A DNA stretch of 64,000 nucleotides from Candidatus Saccharimonadia bacterium (GTDB lineage Bacteria > Patescibacteriota > SICC01): the NCBI GenBank assembly GCA_025449535.1, contig JANWJF010000001.1:741136-805135 (forward strand). Direction: 5' to 3'. The notes beneath the pieces were generated by a model. It searched no databases and was not told where the DNA came from. It was given only the letters and a program-made list of their open reading frames with translations. The position numbers were made by a program, and so were the translations under genes. Each line of letters begins with the position of its first letter. The stretch's first letter is position 1. This document shows, piece after piece, positions 39,202-49,255 of this stretch.

Positions 39202-39749
39202 TGAGCCGTATCGCCAGACTGCCGGTGCCGCTGGCCGACGGGGTCACCCTGAAGACCGAAGGCAACCAGCTGATCGCCAAGGGAAAGGCCGCCGAGGTGA
39301 AGGCGCACTATCCCTCGAGCCTCGTGAAGGTCTCCGAACAGGACGGCGCCGTGACAGTGCGACCCGCCGACGGCTCCAAGGAAGCCAAGGCGGCGTCCGG
39401 ATTGGTGCGCAGCCTGGTGGCCAGCGTGGTTGCCGGGGCCGCGGAGCCGTTCGAGAAGAAGCTCGAGTTCAGCGGCGTGGGATACCGCGTCGTCGTGCAA
39501 GGAGACAAGCTGCAACTGAGCATGGGCTACTCGCACCCGGTGGAACTGGACATTCCCCAGGGCATCACGGCCGAGGTGAAGAAGAACGTCATCGGCCTCA
39601 AGGGTTCCGACGCGCAAGTACTCGGCCAGTTCGCCGCGGAAGTGCGCGACGTCCGGCCGCCGGAGCCGTACAAGGGCAAAGGCATCCGGTACGCCGACGA
39701 ACAGATCCGCCGCAAGGCCGGCAAGGCGGCGAAGGGAGCGGAGGGCTGA
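39201..39749 (+). CDS. rplF: 50S ribosomal protein L6
   Basis: GVGYR, GYSHPV, RPPEPYKGKGIRY. Confidence 0.97.
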   Translation: MSRIARLPVPLADGVTLKTEGNQLIAKGKAAEVKAHYPSSLVKVSEQDGAVTVRPADGSKEAKAASGLVRSLVASVVAGAAEPFEKKLEFSGVGYRVVVQGDKLQLSMGYSHPVELDIPQGITAEVKKNVIGLKGSDAQVLGQFAAEVRDVRPPEPYKGKGIRYADEQIRRKAGKAAKGAEG

Positions 39750-40084
39750 TGAAGACGCTCGCCCGCCAGGCCCGCCACCGCCGCGTCCGGGCCCAGGTCC
39801 ACGGGACCGCCGACCGGCCCCGTCTGGTCGTGTTCCGCGGCACCAAGAGCCTGTCCGCGCAGCTCGTGGACGACGCAGCCGGCACGGTGCTCCTTACCGT
39901 CGGCAGTAATAAGAAGCAATCTGGCGTGAACGTGGCCGCCGGCGAGACCCTGGGTACGGAGCTGGCCAAGCAGGCCAAGGCCAAGAAGGTCACCGGAGCG
40001 GTCTTCGATCGGGCCGGATACCGGTACCATGGGGTAGTGAAAGCCATCTGCGAAGCAGCCCGTAAGGGAGGATTAAAGATATGA
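39749..40084 (+). CDS. rplR: 50S ribosomal protein L18
   Basis: RPRLVVFR, VFDRAGYRYHG. Confidence 0.95.
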   Translation: MKTLARQARHRRVRAQVHGTADRPRLVVFRGTKSLSAQLVDDAAGTVLLTVGSNKKQSGVNVAAGETLGTELAKQAKAKKVTGAVFDRAGYRYHGVVKAICEAARKGGLKI

Positions 40085-40671
40085 GCGCCATGGATTCCCG
40101 TCGTTCGCCGTTCCCGAACCAACGCGGGCCGCGTCCGCAGTCGGAGTACGAGGAACGCGTGGTCCAGATCGACCGCGTCGCGCGCGTCCAGAAGGGCGGC
40201 CGCCGGTTCCGGTTCCGGGCCACTGTCGTGATCGGCGACCGCAAGGGCAAGGTCGGTCTCGGCATCGCCAAGGCAGCCGACGTCCAAGGCGCCATCCGCA
40301 AGGCCGTCGACGAGGCCAAGAAGGAGTTCGTCGAGGTGCCGACCTTGGACCAGACGATTCCCTTCGAGCTCGTCTCGACCTTCGCCGGCGCCAAGGTCCT
40401 GCTGAAACCGGCCCGCCAGGGAACCGGCATCATCGCCGGCGGCGCCATCCGTCCGGTGATCGAGCTGGCCGGCATCACGAACATCCTCTCCAAGTCGCTC
40501 GGCTCGGACAACCGGATCAATAACGCCAAGGCGGCCCTGAAGGGACTGCAGACGATCGCGGACACGGACATCTCCCGGCTCGTGAAGCAGGAGAAGTCGG
40601 TCGCTACGGCCGACACGGATGACAAGCAGGCCGACGAGAAGGCGCCGGAGCCGGCGGAGGCTGCCTCATGA
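40081..40671 (+). CDS. rpsE: 30S ribosomal protein S5
   Basis: RV..VQKGGRRFRF, GTGIIAGG. Confidence 0.97.
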   Translation: MSAMDSRRSPFPNQRGPRPQSEYEERVVQIDRVARVQKGGRRFRFRATVVIGDRKGKVGLGIAKAADVQGAIRKAVDEAKKEFVEVPTLDQTIPFELVSTFAGAKVLLKPARQGTGIIAGGAIRPVIELAGITNILSKSLGSDNRINNAKAALKGLQTIADTDISRLVKQEKSVATADTDDKQADEKAPEPAEAAS

Positions 40672-41159
40672 AGCTCCACGCCCTGCCGAAGACGACCTCG
40701 CCGCGCAAGCGCGTAGGCCGGGGTACCGCGTCCGGGCACGGCAAGACCGCCGGCCGCGGTACCAAGGGACAGAAGTCACGTGCCGGCCACCACATGCTGC
40801 CGGCCCGGTTCGAGGGCGGCCAGATGCCGCTGACCCAGCGCCTCCCGAAGCTCCGTGGATTCAAGAACCATGGCCAGAAGACGGCCGCGGTCCCCGTGAG
40901 CCGGCTGGCCGGCCTGAGCGGGACAGTCGACCTGGCGAAGCTCAAGGAAGCCAAGTTGGCCCCTCGGACGGCCCGGTCGCTTAAGGTGTTCGGCGCCGGT
41001 ACCGTCTCCAAGGTCTCACTGAAGGCTAACGCCGTGACCAAGTCCGCCGAGGCCGCGATCAAGAAGGCCGGCGGCAGCGTCACCATCATCGCCAAGCCGG
41101 ACCCCTCCGCGAAGGCCGGGTCCGCGACGTCTAACGGCAAGCCGGGCGATGCTCGATAA
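40668..41159 (+). CDS. rplO: 50S ribosomal protein L15
   Basis: RVGRG..SGHGKTAGRGTKGQKSR, FEGGQMPL..RLPK. Confidence 0.97.
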   Translation: MKLHALPKTTSPRKRVGRGTASGHGKTAGRGTKGQKSRAGHHMLPARFEGGQMPLTQRLPKLRGFKNHGQKTAAVPVSRLAGLSGTVDLAKLKEAKLAPRTARSLKVFGAGTVSKVSLKANAVTKSAEAAIKKAGGSVTIIAKPDPSAKAGSATSNGKPGDAR

Positions 41160-42453
41160 GCTGCGCCAGATCTTCCTGCACAAGCAGCTCCGGAACCGCT
41201 TGCTCTTCGTGGCGGTGGTCCTGGTGCTTACCCGAGTCTTGGCGCACGTGCCGATTCCCGAGGTCGACCTCGACCAGGTGAAGAACTTCTTCGAGCAGAG
41301 CCAGGTGTTCGGCTTGGTGAACCTCTTCACCGGCGGCGGGCTGTCGAACTTCTCGATCGCGATGATGGGACTCGGCCCGTACATCACCGCGGCGATCATC
41401 ATTCAGCTCCTGACCTACTCGCTGCCCAAGCTGGAGCAGCTTCAGAAGGAGGGCGGCGAGGCCGGTCGCAAGAAGATCAGCCAGTACACCCGGCTCCTGA
41501 CTGTCCCCTTGGCGGCCCTGCAGGCCGTGGCGATGGTGAACCTGCTGCAGTCCCAGTCGCTCGGCGGCGCGCCGATCGTCGGCGGCTTCGGTATCGAGCA
41601 ATGGCTCCTGGTGATCATCACGATGACCGCCGGGACCATGCTGCTGATGTGGCTCGGCGAGCTGATTACCGAGAACGGCGTCGGCAACGGCATCTCGCTG
41701 ATCATCTTCACCGGCATCGTGGCGGGACTGCCGACGGCGCTTGGGCAGTCGTTCTCGGCCTCCTTGGGCGGAACGACTACGCTCCAGATCGTCCTGCTCG
41801 GTTCCATCGCCCTGGCCACCGTGGCGGCCATCACGTTCATCACCGAAGGTACCCGGAATATCCCCGTGACCTACGCCCGGCGGCAGTCGGGCCTGCGGGC
41901 CGGCGCCGAGCAACGCGCCCACATCCCGCTCAAGGTCAATCAGGCCGGCGTGATCCCGATCATCTTCGCGATCTCGGTGGTACTGCTGCCGGGCCTCTTC
42001 TCGGAGTTCTTCAAGAACTCGGCCAACCCGCAGGTCGCGGAAGCCGCTCGGACCGTGGGGAGCATCTTCGCGACCACCAAGCCATGGTACTGGGTGCTCT
42101 ACTTCCTGCTGGTGATCGGCTTTACGTACTTCTATACGTCCGTGACGTTCAACCCCAAGAACATCGCCGAGAACATCCAGAAGCAAGGCGGGTTCGTCCC
42201 CGGCGTCCGTCCAGGCACCGAGACCGAGAACTACTTCCGCCATATCCTTAACCGGATCACCTTGGCCGGCGGCGTCTTCCTCGGCCTGGTGGCGATCCTG
42301 CCGTATCTGACCCAGTTCGCGGTCAAGGACGTCCAGACCCTGACCATCGGCGGCACCAGTATCCTGATCGTCATATCAGTAGTCATCGAGACGATGAAGC
42401 AGATCAACGCCCAGCTCCTGATGCGGCGTTACGACCGGTACCAGGACCTATGA
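41149..42453 (+). CDS. secY: Preprotein translocase SecY
   Basis: PYITAAII, GVGNGISLIIF, AGVIPIIFA, GGTSILI. Confidence 0.98.
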   Translation: MLDKLRQIFLHKQLRNRLLFVAVVLVLTRVLAHVPIPEVDLDQVKNFFEQSQVFGLVNLFTGGGLSNFSIAMMGLGPYITAAIIIQLLTYSLPKLEQLQKEGGEAGRKKISQYTRLLTVPLAALQAVAMVNLLQSQSLGGAPIVGGFGIEQWLLVIITMTAGTMLLMWLGELITENGVGNGISLIIFTGIVAGLPTALGQSFSASLGGTTTLQIVLLGSIALATVAAITFITEGTRNIPVTYARRQSGLRAGAEQRAHIPLKVNQAGVIPIIFAISVVLLPGLFSEFFKNSANPQVAEAARTVGSIFATTKPWYWVLYFLLVIGFTYFYTSVTFNPKNIAENIQKQGGFVPGVRPGTETENYFRHILNRITLAGGVFLGLVAILPYLTQFAVKDVQTLTIGGTSILIVISVVIETMKQINAQLLMRRYDRYQDL

Positions 42454-43040
42454 GCCACCGGCTGCTGCATCTGGTGATCTGCGGGGCCCAGGGCGCCGGC
42501 AAGGGCACGCAGGCCAAGCTATTGTCCTCGGAGTTCGGCTTGGTGCACATCGAGATCGGCAACCGGCTGCGCGAGATGGCCGAGGAGCAGTCGCCGATCG
42601 CTTCGCGGATCTCGGAGTCGCTCCGACAGGGGCACCTGATTCCCGACGACCTGGCCACGGAGATCATCGAGCTTCAGCTCGGAGGCATCCCACCGAACAC
42701 CGGCTTCATCCTGGACGGATACCCGCGGACCGTGGAGCAGGCCGGACAGCTGCACTACATGCTGCGCGGCTTCAACCGGCTCCAACCGAAGCCCGTCTTC
42801 ATCGAGCTCGACGTCCCGCGTGGTGAGCTGACCAAGCGACTCCTGAAGCGCCGCCAGATGGAAGGCCGTCACGACGACATCGCTCCGGTAATCAAGCGCC
42901 GTCACGCCTTGTACCAGGAGCAGACCCGCCCGGTCCTGGATGCGGTCAAGGAGTGGGCCGACGTCCTCACCGCGAACGGCAACCAGGCACCTGAGTCAGT
43001 CATGAAGGAAATCAAGGCGAAGCTGCCCCATGACAAGTAA
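42450..43040 (+). CDS. adk: Adenylate kinase (short-LID type)
   Basis: GAQGAGKGTQ, LDGYPR, R...GRHDD. Confidence 0.9.
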   Translation: MSHRLLHLVICGAQGAGKGTQAKLLSSEFGLVHIEIGNRLREMAEEQSPIASRISESLRQGHLIPDDLATEIIELQLGGIPPNTGFILDGYPRTVEQAGQLHYMLRGFNRLQPKPVFIELDVPRGELTKRLLKRRQMEGRHDDIAPVIKRRHALYQEQTRPVLDAVKEWADVLTANGNQAPESVMKEIKAKLPHDK

Positions 43041-43851
43041 GGCGCCCGCAGCCCAGGTCAAGGCGGGGGAGATCGCGACCGCTGCGCTCCAGGCCGTGGC
43101 CGACAAGGTCCGCCCCGGCGTGTCCGGCGCGGAGCTGGACCGTTTGGCGGAACAGGTGATTCGTGACCGCGGCGGCGTCCCCGCCTTCAAGGGCTACCGG
43201 GGATTCCCGGCCACGATCTGCCTGTCGATCAACGAACAGGTCGTGCACGGCATCCCCGGCGACCGGAAGCTCGAGGATGGCGACCTGGCCAGCATCGACA
43301 TCGGGGTGAAGGTCGACGGCTACTACGTCGACACCGCCGTGACGGTCGCGGTCGGCGACTCGTCCCCCGAGGCGGACCGCCTGCGAGTGGCGGCGGACAC
43401 GGCGCTCGCGATCGCGTTATTCCAGGCCCGGGACGGCCATACCATCGGCGACCTCGGTGCGGCCGTCGAGACCTACGCGAAGGAGGAGGGCTTCGCGGTC
43501 GTGCGGGACTGCGTCGGGCACGGGATCGGCACTGGATTGCACGAGGACCCCGCGATTCCGAACTATGGGAAAAAGGGTAAGGGAAGCCGCTTTTCCGCCG
43601 GCCAGACGGTCGCGATCGAACCGATGCTGGTCGCCGGCTCCCCGCATCTCGCGATGGCCGAGGACCACTGGACGCTGTCCACCGAGGACGGTAGCCTGGC
43701 CGCCCATGCGGAGGAAACCGTGCTGATCACCGAGGAAGAGCCCGTCCGGTTGACCCCGGTCACCGACTTCGCTGCCGACCCAGGCACCTTGTCTGGTGAA
43801 AAAGCCGGTGCTAGAGTAATTAAAGCGACTCAACATACGGAGTCGCGATAG
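43030..43851 (+). CDS. map: Methionine aminopeptidase type I
   Basis: CLSINEQVVHGIP, GHGIG..LHEDP, AIEPM. Confidence 0.94.
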   Translation: MTSKAPAAQVKAGEIATAALQAVADKVRPGVSGAELDRLAEQVIRDRGGVPAFKGYRGFPATICLSINEQVVHGIPGDRKLEDGDLASIDIGVKVDGYYVDTAVTVAVGDSSPEADRLRVAADTALAIALFQARDGHTIGDLGAAVETYAKEEGFAVVRDCVGHGIGTGLHEDPAIPNYGKKGKGSRFSAGQTVAIEPMLVAGSPHLAMAEDHWTLSTEDGSLAAHAEETVLITEEEPVRLTPVTDFAADPGTLSGEKAGARVIKATQHTESR

Positions 43852-43875
43852 TGTTACTATCGCGGAGTTTCTCAA

Positions 43876-44094
43876 ATGGGTAAGGAAGAGGTCATCGAGG
43901 TCACCGGTACGGTCACGGAAAACCTGCCGAACGCAATGTTCCGGATCGAGATCGAAGGAGGTCACGAGATCCTCGGCCACATCTCCGGGAAGATGCGCCG
44001 CCATTACATCCGGATCCTGCCGGGAGACAAGGTCACCGTCGAGATGACGCCGTATGACCTGACCAAGGGCCGGATCACCTATAGGCATAAATGA
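43876..44094 (+). CDS. infA: Translation initiation factor IF-1
   Basis: [25 protein letters not shown]. Confidence 0.98.
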   Translation: MGKEEVIEVTGTVTENLPNAMFRIEIEGGHEILGHISGKMRRHYIRILPGDKVTVEMTPYDLTKGRITYRHK

Positions 44095-44096
44095 TT

Positions 44097-44210
44097 ATGA
44101 AAGTACGAGCATCAGTAAGACCCATGTGCGCCAAGTGCAAGATCGTCCGCCGTCGCGGGGTGGTTCGTGTTATATGCGTGACTCCGAAACATAAACAGAG
44201 GCAGGGTTGA
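44097..44210 (+). CDS. rpmJ: 50S ribosomal protein L36
   Basis: Not in the ORF track; [37 protein letters not shown]. Confidence 0.97.
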   Translation: MKVRASVRPMCAKCKIVRRRGVVRVICVTPKHKQRQG

Positions 44211-44303
44211 CCATGGCTGTCGCTCGACCATTCGGTCTCGGACCTGAAGACGGGATGGCGGTCCTCGACCGAAAGTCTCGCTTTATGGAAGGAGTCAAAG
44301 GAA

Positions 44304-44687
44304 ATGGCTAGGATCGCCGGAGTCAACCTGCCGAACGACAAGCGCATCGAGATCGCCCTGACGGCGATCCTCGGCATCGGTCGCAACACCGGTCTGAAGG
44401 CCGTGGTAGCGACCGGTATCGACCGCGCCAAGCGGGCGAAGGACCTCACCGAGGCGGAGGTCAAGCAGCTCACGGAGTTCGTCGAGCAGCAGTCCGTCGA
44501 AGGAGACCTGCGTCGCGAGGTCTCGGCGAACATCAAGCGCCTCAAGGACGCCGGCACGTATCGCGGCGTCCGGCACGAGCGCAAGCTTCCGGCGCGTGGG
44601 CAGCGCACCAAGACGAACGCCCGTACCAAGCGAGGCAAACGCGTCACCGTGGGTTCCGGACGGAGTAAGGCGGCGGCTAAGACCTGA
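44304..44687 (+). CDS. rpsM: 30S ribosomal protein S13
   Basis: [24 protein letters not shown]. Confidence 0.98.
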   Translation: MARIAGVNLPNDKRIEIALTAILGIGRNTGLKAVVATGIDRAKRAKDLTEAEVKQLTEFVEQQSVEGDLRREVSANIKRLKDAGTYRGVRHERKLPARGQRTKTNARTKRGKRVTVGSGRSKAAAKT

Positions 44688-44689
44688 TC

Positions 44690-45112
44690 ATGGCGGACGA
44701 CAAGCAACAATCAGCGAAGGCGGCCGCGACCAAGACCGGCGGGCGCAAGAAGAAGATCAAGGCGCCGTCCGAGCAGGGTCGGGTGTATATCCAGGCTACC
44801 TTCAATAACACGATCGTCAGCTTCACCGACGCCTCCGGCAAGGTGCTCACCTGGGGCAGCCCCGGCACGGCCGGCTTCAAGGGCACCCGGAAGTCCACGC
44901 CGTTCGCGGCCACCACGGCCACGCAACAGGCGGCGGAGCGGGCCAAGCAGGCCGGACTCCGCAGCGTCAACGTGTTCGTACGTGGCGTCGGCAGCGGCCG
45001 GGACGCGGCGATCCGGGCGATCCAGGCATCCGGCCTGAACGTCACCCAGCTCAAGGACCTGACCCCGATCCCGCATAACGGCGTGCGCGCCAAGAAGCCG
45101 AGGCGGGTCTAG
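44690..45112 (+). CDS. rpsK: 30S ribosomal protein S11
   Basis: ATFNNTIV, RKSTPFAA, TPIPHNG. Confidence 0.97.
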   Translation: MADDKQQSAKAAATKTGGRKKKIKAPSEQGRVYIQATFNNTIVSFTDASGKVLTWGSPGTAGFKGTRKSTPFAATTATQQAAERAKQAGLRSVNVFVRGVGSGRDAAIRAIQASGLNVTQLKDLTPIPHNGVRAKKPRRV

Positions 45113-45113
45113 C

Positions 45114-45725
45114 ATGGCGCGTTACACGGGACCCACCGCCAAGCGTTGGCGTCGGCTCGGCCAGATGCCGCCGGATGGCAGCGGCACCGCCGTAGGGCGG
45201 CGCAACTACCCGCCGGGACAGCACGGGCTGCGCCGCGGGGGCAAGCTCTCCGAGTACGCCACCCAGCTGCGCGAGAAGCAGAAGGCGCGATACACGTACG
45301 GACTCCTGGAGCGGCAGTTCCGAAACTACTACCGCAAGGCCGATCGTCAGACCGGCGTGACCGGCGAGAACCTGATGCGCGCCCTGGAGCTCCGGCTCGA
45401 CAACGTCGTGTTCCGGCTCGGGCTTACCGAGACCCGGTCGGAGGCCCGGCAACTGGTCACGCACGGCCATGTACTGGTGGACGGCAAGCGCGTGAAGTCC
45501 CCCTCGTACGCGGTCTCCCCGGGCGAAGAGGTCTCACTCGGCGAACGCTTCGGCAAAGGCTACAAGGAGCGGACCGACATGGACGCGCTGAAGGGCAAGG
45601 GGACGCCGGCCTGGTTGAAGCTGGACGCGGCCAAGCTTTCCGGCAAGGTCGTCACCGAGCCCGCCCGGACCGATATCGACGCCGCGGTGAACGAACAGCT
45701 GATCGTCGAGTTCTACTCGAGATAG
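45114..45725 (+). CDS. rpsD: 30S ribosomal protein S4
   Basis: PGQHG, QLREKQK, LELRLDNVV, LIVEFYSR. Confidence 0.98.
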   Translation: MARYTGPTAKRWRRLGQMPPDGSGTAVGRRNYPPGQHGLRRGGKLSEYATQLREKQKARYTYGLLERQFRNYYRKADRQTGVTGENLMRALELRLDNVVFRLGLTETRSEARQLVTHGHVLVDGKRVKSPSYAVSPGEEVSLGERFGKGYKERTDMDALKGKGTPAWLKLDAAKLSGKVVTEPARTDIDAAVNEQLIVEFYSR

Positions 45726-45813
45726 CCCGGTGCGTCGCCCATCCGGCGGACACCTGGCCGGAACCGTCATTTTTCGTTAGAATTTAAGATTGTTGAGATA
45801 AGAAAGGAGCCTC

Positions 45814-46740
45814 GTGCAGGAAATCACGTTACCCACCATCGACGCTAAGAAAGCGACTGCCGAAGAGGGCAGTTTCGTCATCGAACCGCTATACCCCGGC
45901 TACGGGACCACCGTCGGTTCGGCGCTGCGTCGCGTATTGCTTTCGAGCCTGAACGGCGCGGCGATCACCTCCGTGAAGTTCACCGGAGTCGACCATGAGT
46001 TCTCCACGGTCCCAGGGGTCAAGGAGGACGTCATCGAGATCCTGCTGAACCTCAAGCAGGTCCGGTTCCAGTTGTCCGGGGACGAACCGGTCACCGTGAA
46101 TCTGACCAAGAAGAGCGCCGGCAAGGTGACCGCCAAGGACATCGAGGAGACCGATCGGCTGAAGGTCGTGAACAAGGACCAGCAGATCGCGACGCTGTCC
46201 GACAAAAAGTCGGCGCTGGACGCCGAGGTCACCATCGAGAAAGGCCGCGGCTACTTCCCGGTCGAGCGGCGCGAGGAGCAGAAGCTGCCGGTCGGCACGA
46301 TCGCGCTGGACGCCACCTTCACCCCGGTGAAGCGGGTGAACTTCCAGGTGGAGAACACCCGGGTCGGCCAGATGACCAACTTCGACCGACTGATCCTGAA
46401 CGTCGTCACCGACAAGACGATCAGTCCGGAGGAAGCGGTCAAGGACGCCGCCCAGATCCTGGTCTCGCAGTTCCAGCTGTTCGTCGATCCGGACGCCAAG
46501 CCGGAAGCCGCCGCCGCGGCGCCGGCCCCGAGCATCCCGTCCGTCGAGGACGCCGGCTTCTCGGCCCGCACCGCGAACGCGCTGCTGGGCGCCGACCTCA
46601 AGACACTGGAAGACGTCGCCAAGCTGTCCGACGAGGAGCTCGCGGGCCTGAAGGGCTTCGGCGAGAAGGGGGTCGAGGAAGTGCGCGCCAAGCTGGCGTC
46701 GCACGGCCTGGGTCCCGCTAAGCCGGACGCCAAGGGCTAA
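45814..46740 (+). CDS. rpoA: RNA polymerase alpha subunit
   Basis: EPLYPGYGTTVG.ALRRVLLSS, HEFSTVPGVKEDV; AAAGGAG RBS. Confidence 0.97.
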   Translation: MQEITLPTIDAKKATAEEGSFVIEPLYPGYGTTVGSALRRVLLSSLNGAAITSVKFTGVDHEFSTVPGVKEDVIEILLNLKQVRFQLSGDEPVTVNLTKKSAGKVTAKDIEETDRLKVVNKDQQIATLSDKKSALDAEVTIEKGRGYFPVERREEQKLPVGTIALDATFTPVKRVNFQVENTRVGQMTNFDRLILNVVTDKTISPEEAVKDAAQILVSQFQLFVDPDAKPEAAAAAPAPSIPSVEDAGFSARTANALLGADLKTLEDVAKLSDEELAGLKGFGEKGVEEVRAKLASHGLGPAKPDAKG

Positions 46741-46748
46741 GGAGACCG

Positions 46749-47099
46749 GTGAAGCATCGCCGGCAAGGCAGTTCGCTGGGCAGGGTCGCCGGGCACCGGC
46801 GGGCCCTGCTGCGGAACCTCGCGGTCTCGCTGATCGTCGACGAGGCGGTCGTCACGAGCCGAGGGAAGGCGAACGAACTGCGTCGGTACGTCGAGCCGTT
46901 GATCACTAAGTCGAAGCGCAAGTCCGTCCCGACGGTCCGGGCTCTGAGCGGGGAACTGCCGGAACCGGCGGCGGTCAAGAAGCTGCTTGAGACGATCGGG
47001 CCCAAGTACCAGGATCGCGCCGGCGGCTACGTCCGGCTGTCCAAGCTGGGACCGCGTCCCGGCGACGGCGCCGAATCGGTAAAGGTGGAGCTCGTATGA
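46749..47099 (+). CDS. rplQ: 50S ribosomal protein L17
   Basis: HRRALLRNLA, R.GGYVR, RPGDGA. Confidence 0.95.
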   Translation: MKHRRQGSSLGRVAGHRRALLRNLAVSLIVDEAVVTSRGKANELRRYVEPLITKSKRKSVPTVRALSGELPEPAAVKKLLETIGPKYQDRAGGYVRLSKLGPRPGDGAESVKVELV

Positions 47100-47542
47100 C
47101 GGTCCGTTCCGCCAAGACACCGGTCCCGTCCGCGGCCGACCAGGTCTCGCGCTGGTTCGTGGTGGATGCGACCGACCAAGTGCTCGGCCGCCTGGCGACC
47201 CGGATCGCCGGGGCGTTGCGCGGCAAAGACCTGCCCCAGTTCGCGGCCCACGTGCCGACCGACACCCACGTGATCGTCCTGAACGCCGGGGCCGTGAAGG
47301 TGACCGGCAACAAGCTCGAGGACAAGCGTTACTACCGTCACGGCCGCCAGCCCGGCACGCTGCGTTCCCGGACCCTCGCGGAACAGCTTGAGCGCGACCC
47401 GCGGATGCCCATGGAACACGCGGTACTCGGGATGCTGCCCGGCAACCGGCTGAAGCGCGTCTGGCGGAACCATCTCCACGTCTACGCCGGCGGTGAACAC
47501 GACCACGCCGCCCAGCAGCCGAAGGAGTTGCCGCATGGCTGA
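47096..47542 (+). CDS. rplM: 50S ribosomal protein L13
   Basis: WFVVDA...LGRLA..IA..LRGK, GMLP.N. Confidence 0.95.
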   Translation: MTVRSAKTPVPSAADQVSRWFVVDATDQVLGRLATRIAGALRGKDLPQFAAHVPTDTHVIVLNAGAVKVTGNKLEDKRYYRHGRQPGTLRSRTLAEQLERDPRMPMEHAVLGMLPGNRLKRVWRNHLHVYAGGEHDHAAQQPKELPHG

Positions 47543-47933
47543 GCAGAAGACCTACGTCTCCGGCGTCGGCCGCCGCAAGTGCGCGGTCGCGTTGGTGCGG
47601 CTGAGTGCCGGCAAAGGCCACCACACCGCCAACGGCAAGCCGTTCGCGGAGCACTTCACGCTGGAGTCATGGCGCAACACGGCCACCGAGCCGCTCCGCC
47701 AACTCGGCCAGGCCGGCAAGTTCGACGTCAGTGCCCGTGTGAAAGGCGGAGGTTTGTCCGCCCAGGCGGATGCGGTCCGGCTCGGCATCGCCCGGGCGTT
47801 GGTCGCCTCGGATCCGGAAAGCCGGACGACCCTGAAGAAGGAGGGCTTCCTGACCCGCGACGCCCGCGTGAAGGAGCGCCGCAAGTACGGCCTCAAGAAG
47901 GCGCGCAAGGCCCCGCAGTTCTCGAAGCGGTGA
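47535..47933 (+). CDS. rpsI: 30S ribosomal protein S9
   Basis: GRRK.AVA.V, GGGLSAQA, KARKAPQFSKR. Confidence 0.97.
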   Translation: MAEQKTYVSGVGRRKCAVALVRLSAGKGHHTANGKPFAEHFTLESWRNTATEPLRQLGQAGKFDVSARVKGGGLSAQADAVRLGIARALVASDPESRTTLKKEGFLTRDARVKERRKYGLKKARKAPQFSKR

Positions 47934-47984
47934 TGCGGGACATGCGCTACGATGGTGCCGTGGTCACGCTAGGCTGAAACACAC

Positions 47985-48872
47985 ATGAGCATGGCATTAT
48001 TCGGTTCCGCAACCTCAGAAGCGGGCAATCGACTCGAATCGTTCGTCTCCACGGTCGACCTCGGCCCTTCGGCCGTGATCGATATCCTGATCGTCGGGGC
48101 GATCCTCTATTGGCTTTACCTGGTACTTCGCGAGACGCGGGCGCTCGGGATCATCTACGGTATCCTGATCATCGTCCTGTTCTTCCTGTCCGCGAAGGTT
48201 CTTGGCCTGGACCTGTTGGCATTCCTGTTCGCCAACCTTCTGACGCTGTTGTTCGTGGCGATCCCGGTGCTGTTCCAGCCGGAACTTCGTCGCGCCCTGG
48301 AGCGGCTCGGCCAGATGCGGCACGGCCGGTTCCGCCGGCAGAAGCGGGGCAGCGACGATACGCTCGACAAGGTCGTGGAGACCGCGCGCATCCTCTCCCG
48401 CAACAAGACCGGGGCGATCATCGTCCTCAAGCGGCGAACCGGCCTGACCGGCCTGGTCACGTCTGGCGTGAAGCTCGACGCCGAGGTCTCCACGCCGCTG
48501 CTCCTGAACCTCTTCTTCGACCGTTCGCCGCTACATGACGGCGCGGTGATCATCGATGAGGACCGCGTCGCGGCCGCCGGGGTGATGCTGCCGCTGTCGG
48601 AGCGCGACTATGGTTACACCATGGGGGCCCGCCATCGGGCCGCCGCCGGTATCACGGAACAGTCCGACGCCGTGGTACTGGTAGTCTCCGAGGAGCGGGG
48701 CATCCTCTCCCTGTCGATCGCGGGGAAGATCTCGCCGGGCATCGACCCGACCAACCTGCGCCAGGTCCTCGCCGAGTTCATGACCGCACAGAAAGGAGCC
48801 GCGCCCGTCGCGGCGGATCGGAAACCGTCCAAGAAGACCCGGTCCAGGCGTCGGCCCGGAGGGCGCCGGTGA
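47985..48872 (+). CDS. cdaA: Membrane diadenylate cyclase (CdaA/DacA type)
   Basis: 3 N-terminal TMs, FQPELRRAL..LG, SPLHDGA, G.RHRAA, VVSEE. Confidence 0.92.
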   Translation: MSMALFGSATSEAGNRLESFVSTVDLGPSAVIDILIVGAILYWLYLVLRETRALGIIYGILIIVLFFLSAKVLGLDLLAFLFANLLTLLFVAIPVLFQPELRRALERLGQMRHGRFRRQKRGSDDTLDKVVETARILSRNKTGAIIVLKRRTGLTGLVTSGVKLDAEVSTPLLLNLFFDRSPLHDGAVIIDEDRVAAAGVMLPLSERDYGYTMGARHRAAAGITEQSDAVVLVVSEERGILSLSIAGKISPGIDPTNLRQVLAEFMTAQKGAAPVAADRKPSKKTRSRRRPGGRR

Positions 48873-49255
48873 GCATCCGGACGATCGTCTGGGGACTCGG
48901 CTTCGTGGCGGCCGTCTGTTGGGTCGCCTGGGCGCTGACGGTCGTCAATAACAATCCGAACGAGGGAGGCCAGACCGTTCTGCTCTCGTTCTATATCTCC
49001 CTATACGTGGCACTGGTCAGCACGATTACGCTGGCCGGGTTCGGACTGCGGCGACAGCTCGGCAACAACGAACTACGACATGCGTACCTCCAGGTATCGT
49101 TCCGCCAGGCTTTCATCGGCGGCGCGTTACTGATCGCTCTCCTGGCGCTGCAATCGGTCAGGTTGCTCGCCTGGTGGGATATACTGCTGTTGGCGGCGGT
49201 CTCGCTGCTGCTGGAATTGTACTTACGTTCGAATGCGCGATCCCAACGAATTTGA
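48869..49255 (+). CDS. Hypothetical ~4-TM membrane protein
   Basis: Overlaps both neighbours; hydrophobic segments; SFRQ motif. Confidence 0.75.
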   Translation: MSIRTIVWGLGFVAAVCWVAWALTVVNNNPNEGGQTVLLSFYISLYVALVSTITLAGFGLRRQLGNNELRHAYLQVSFRQAFIGGALLIALLALQSVRLLAWWDILLLAAVSLLLELYLRSNARSQRI

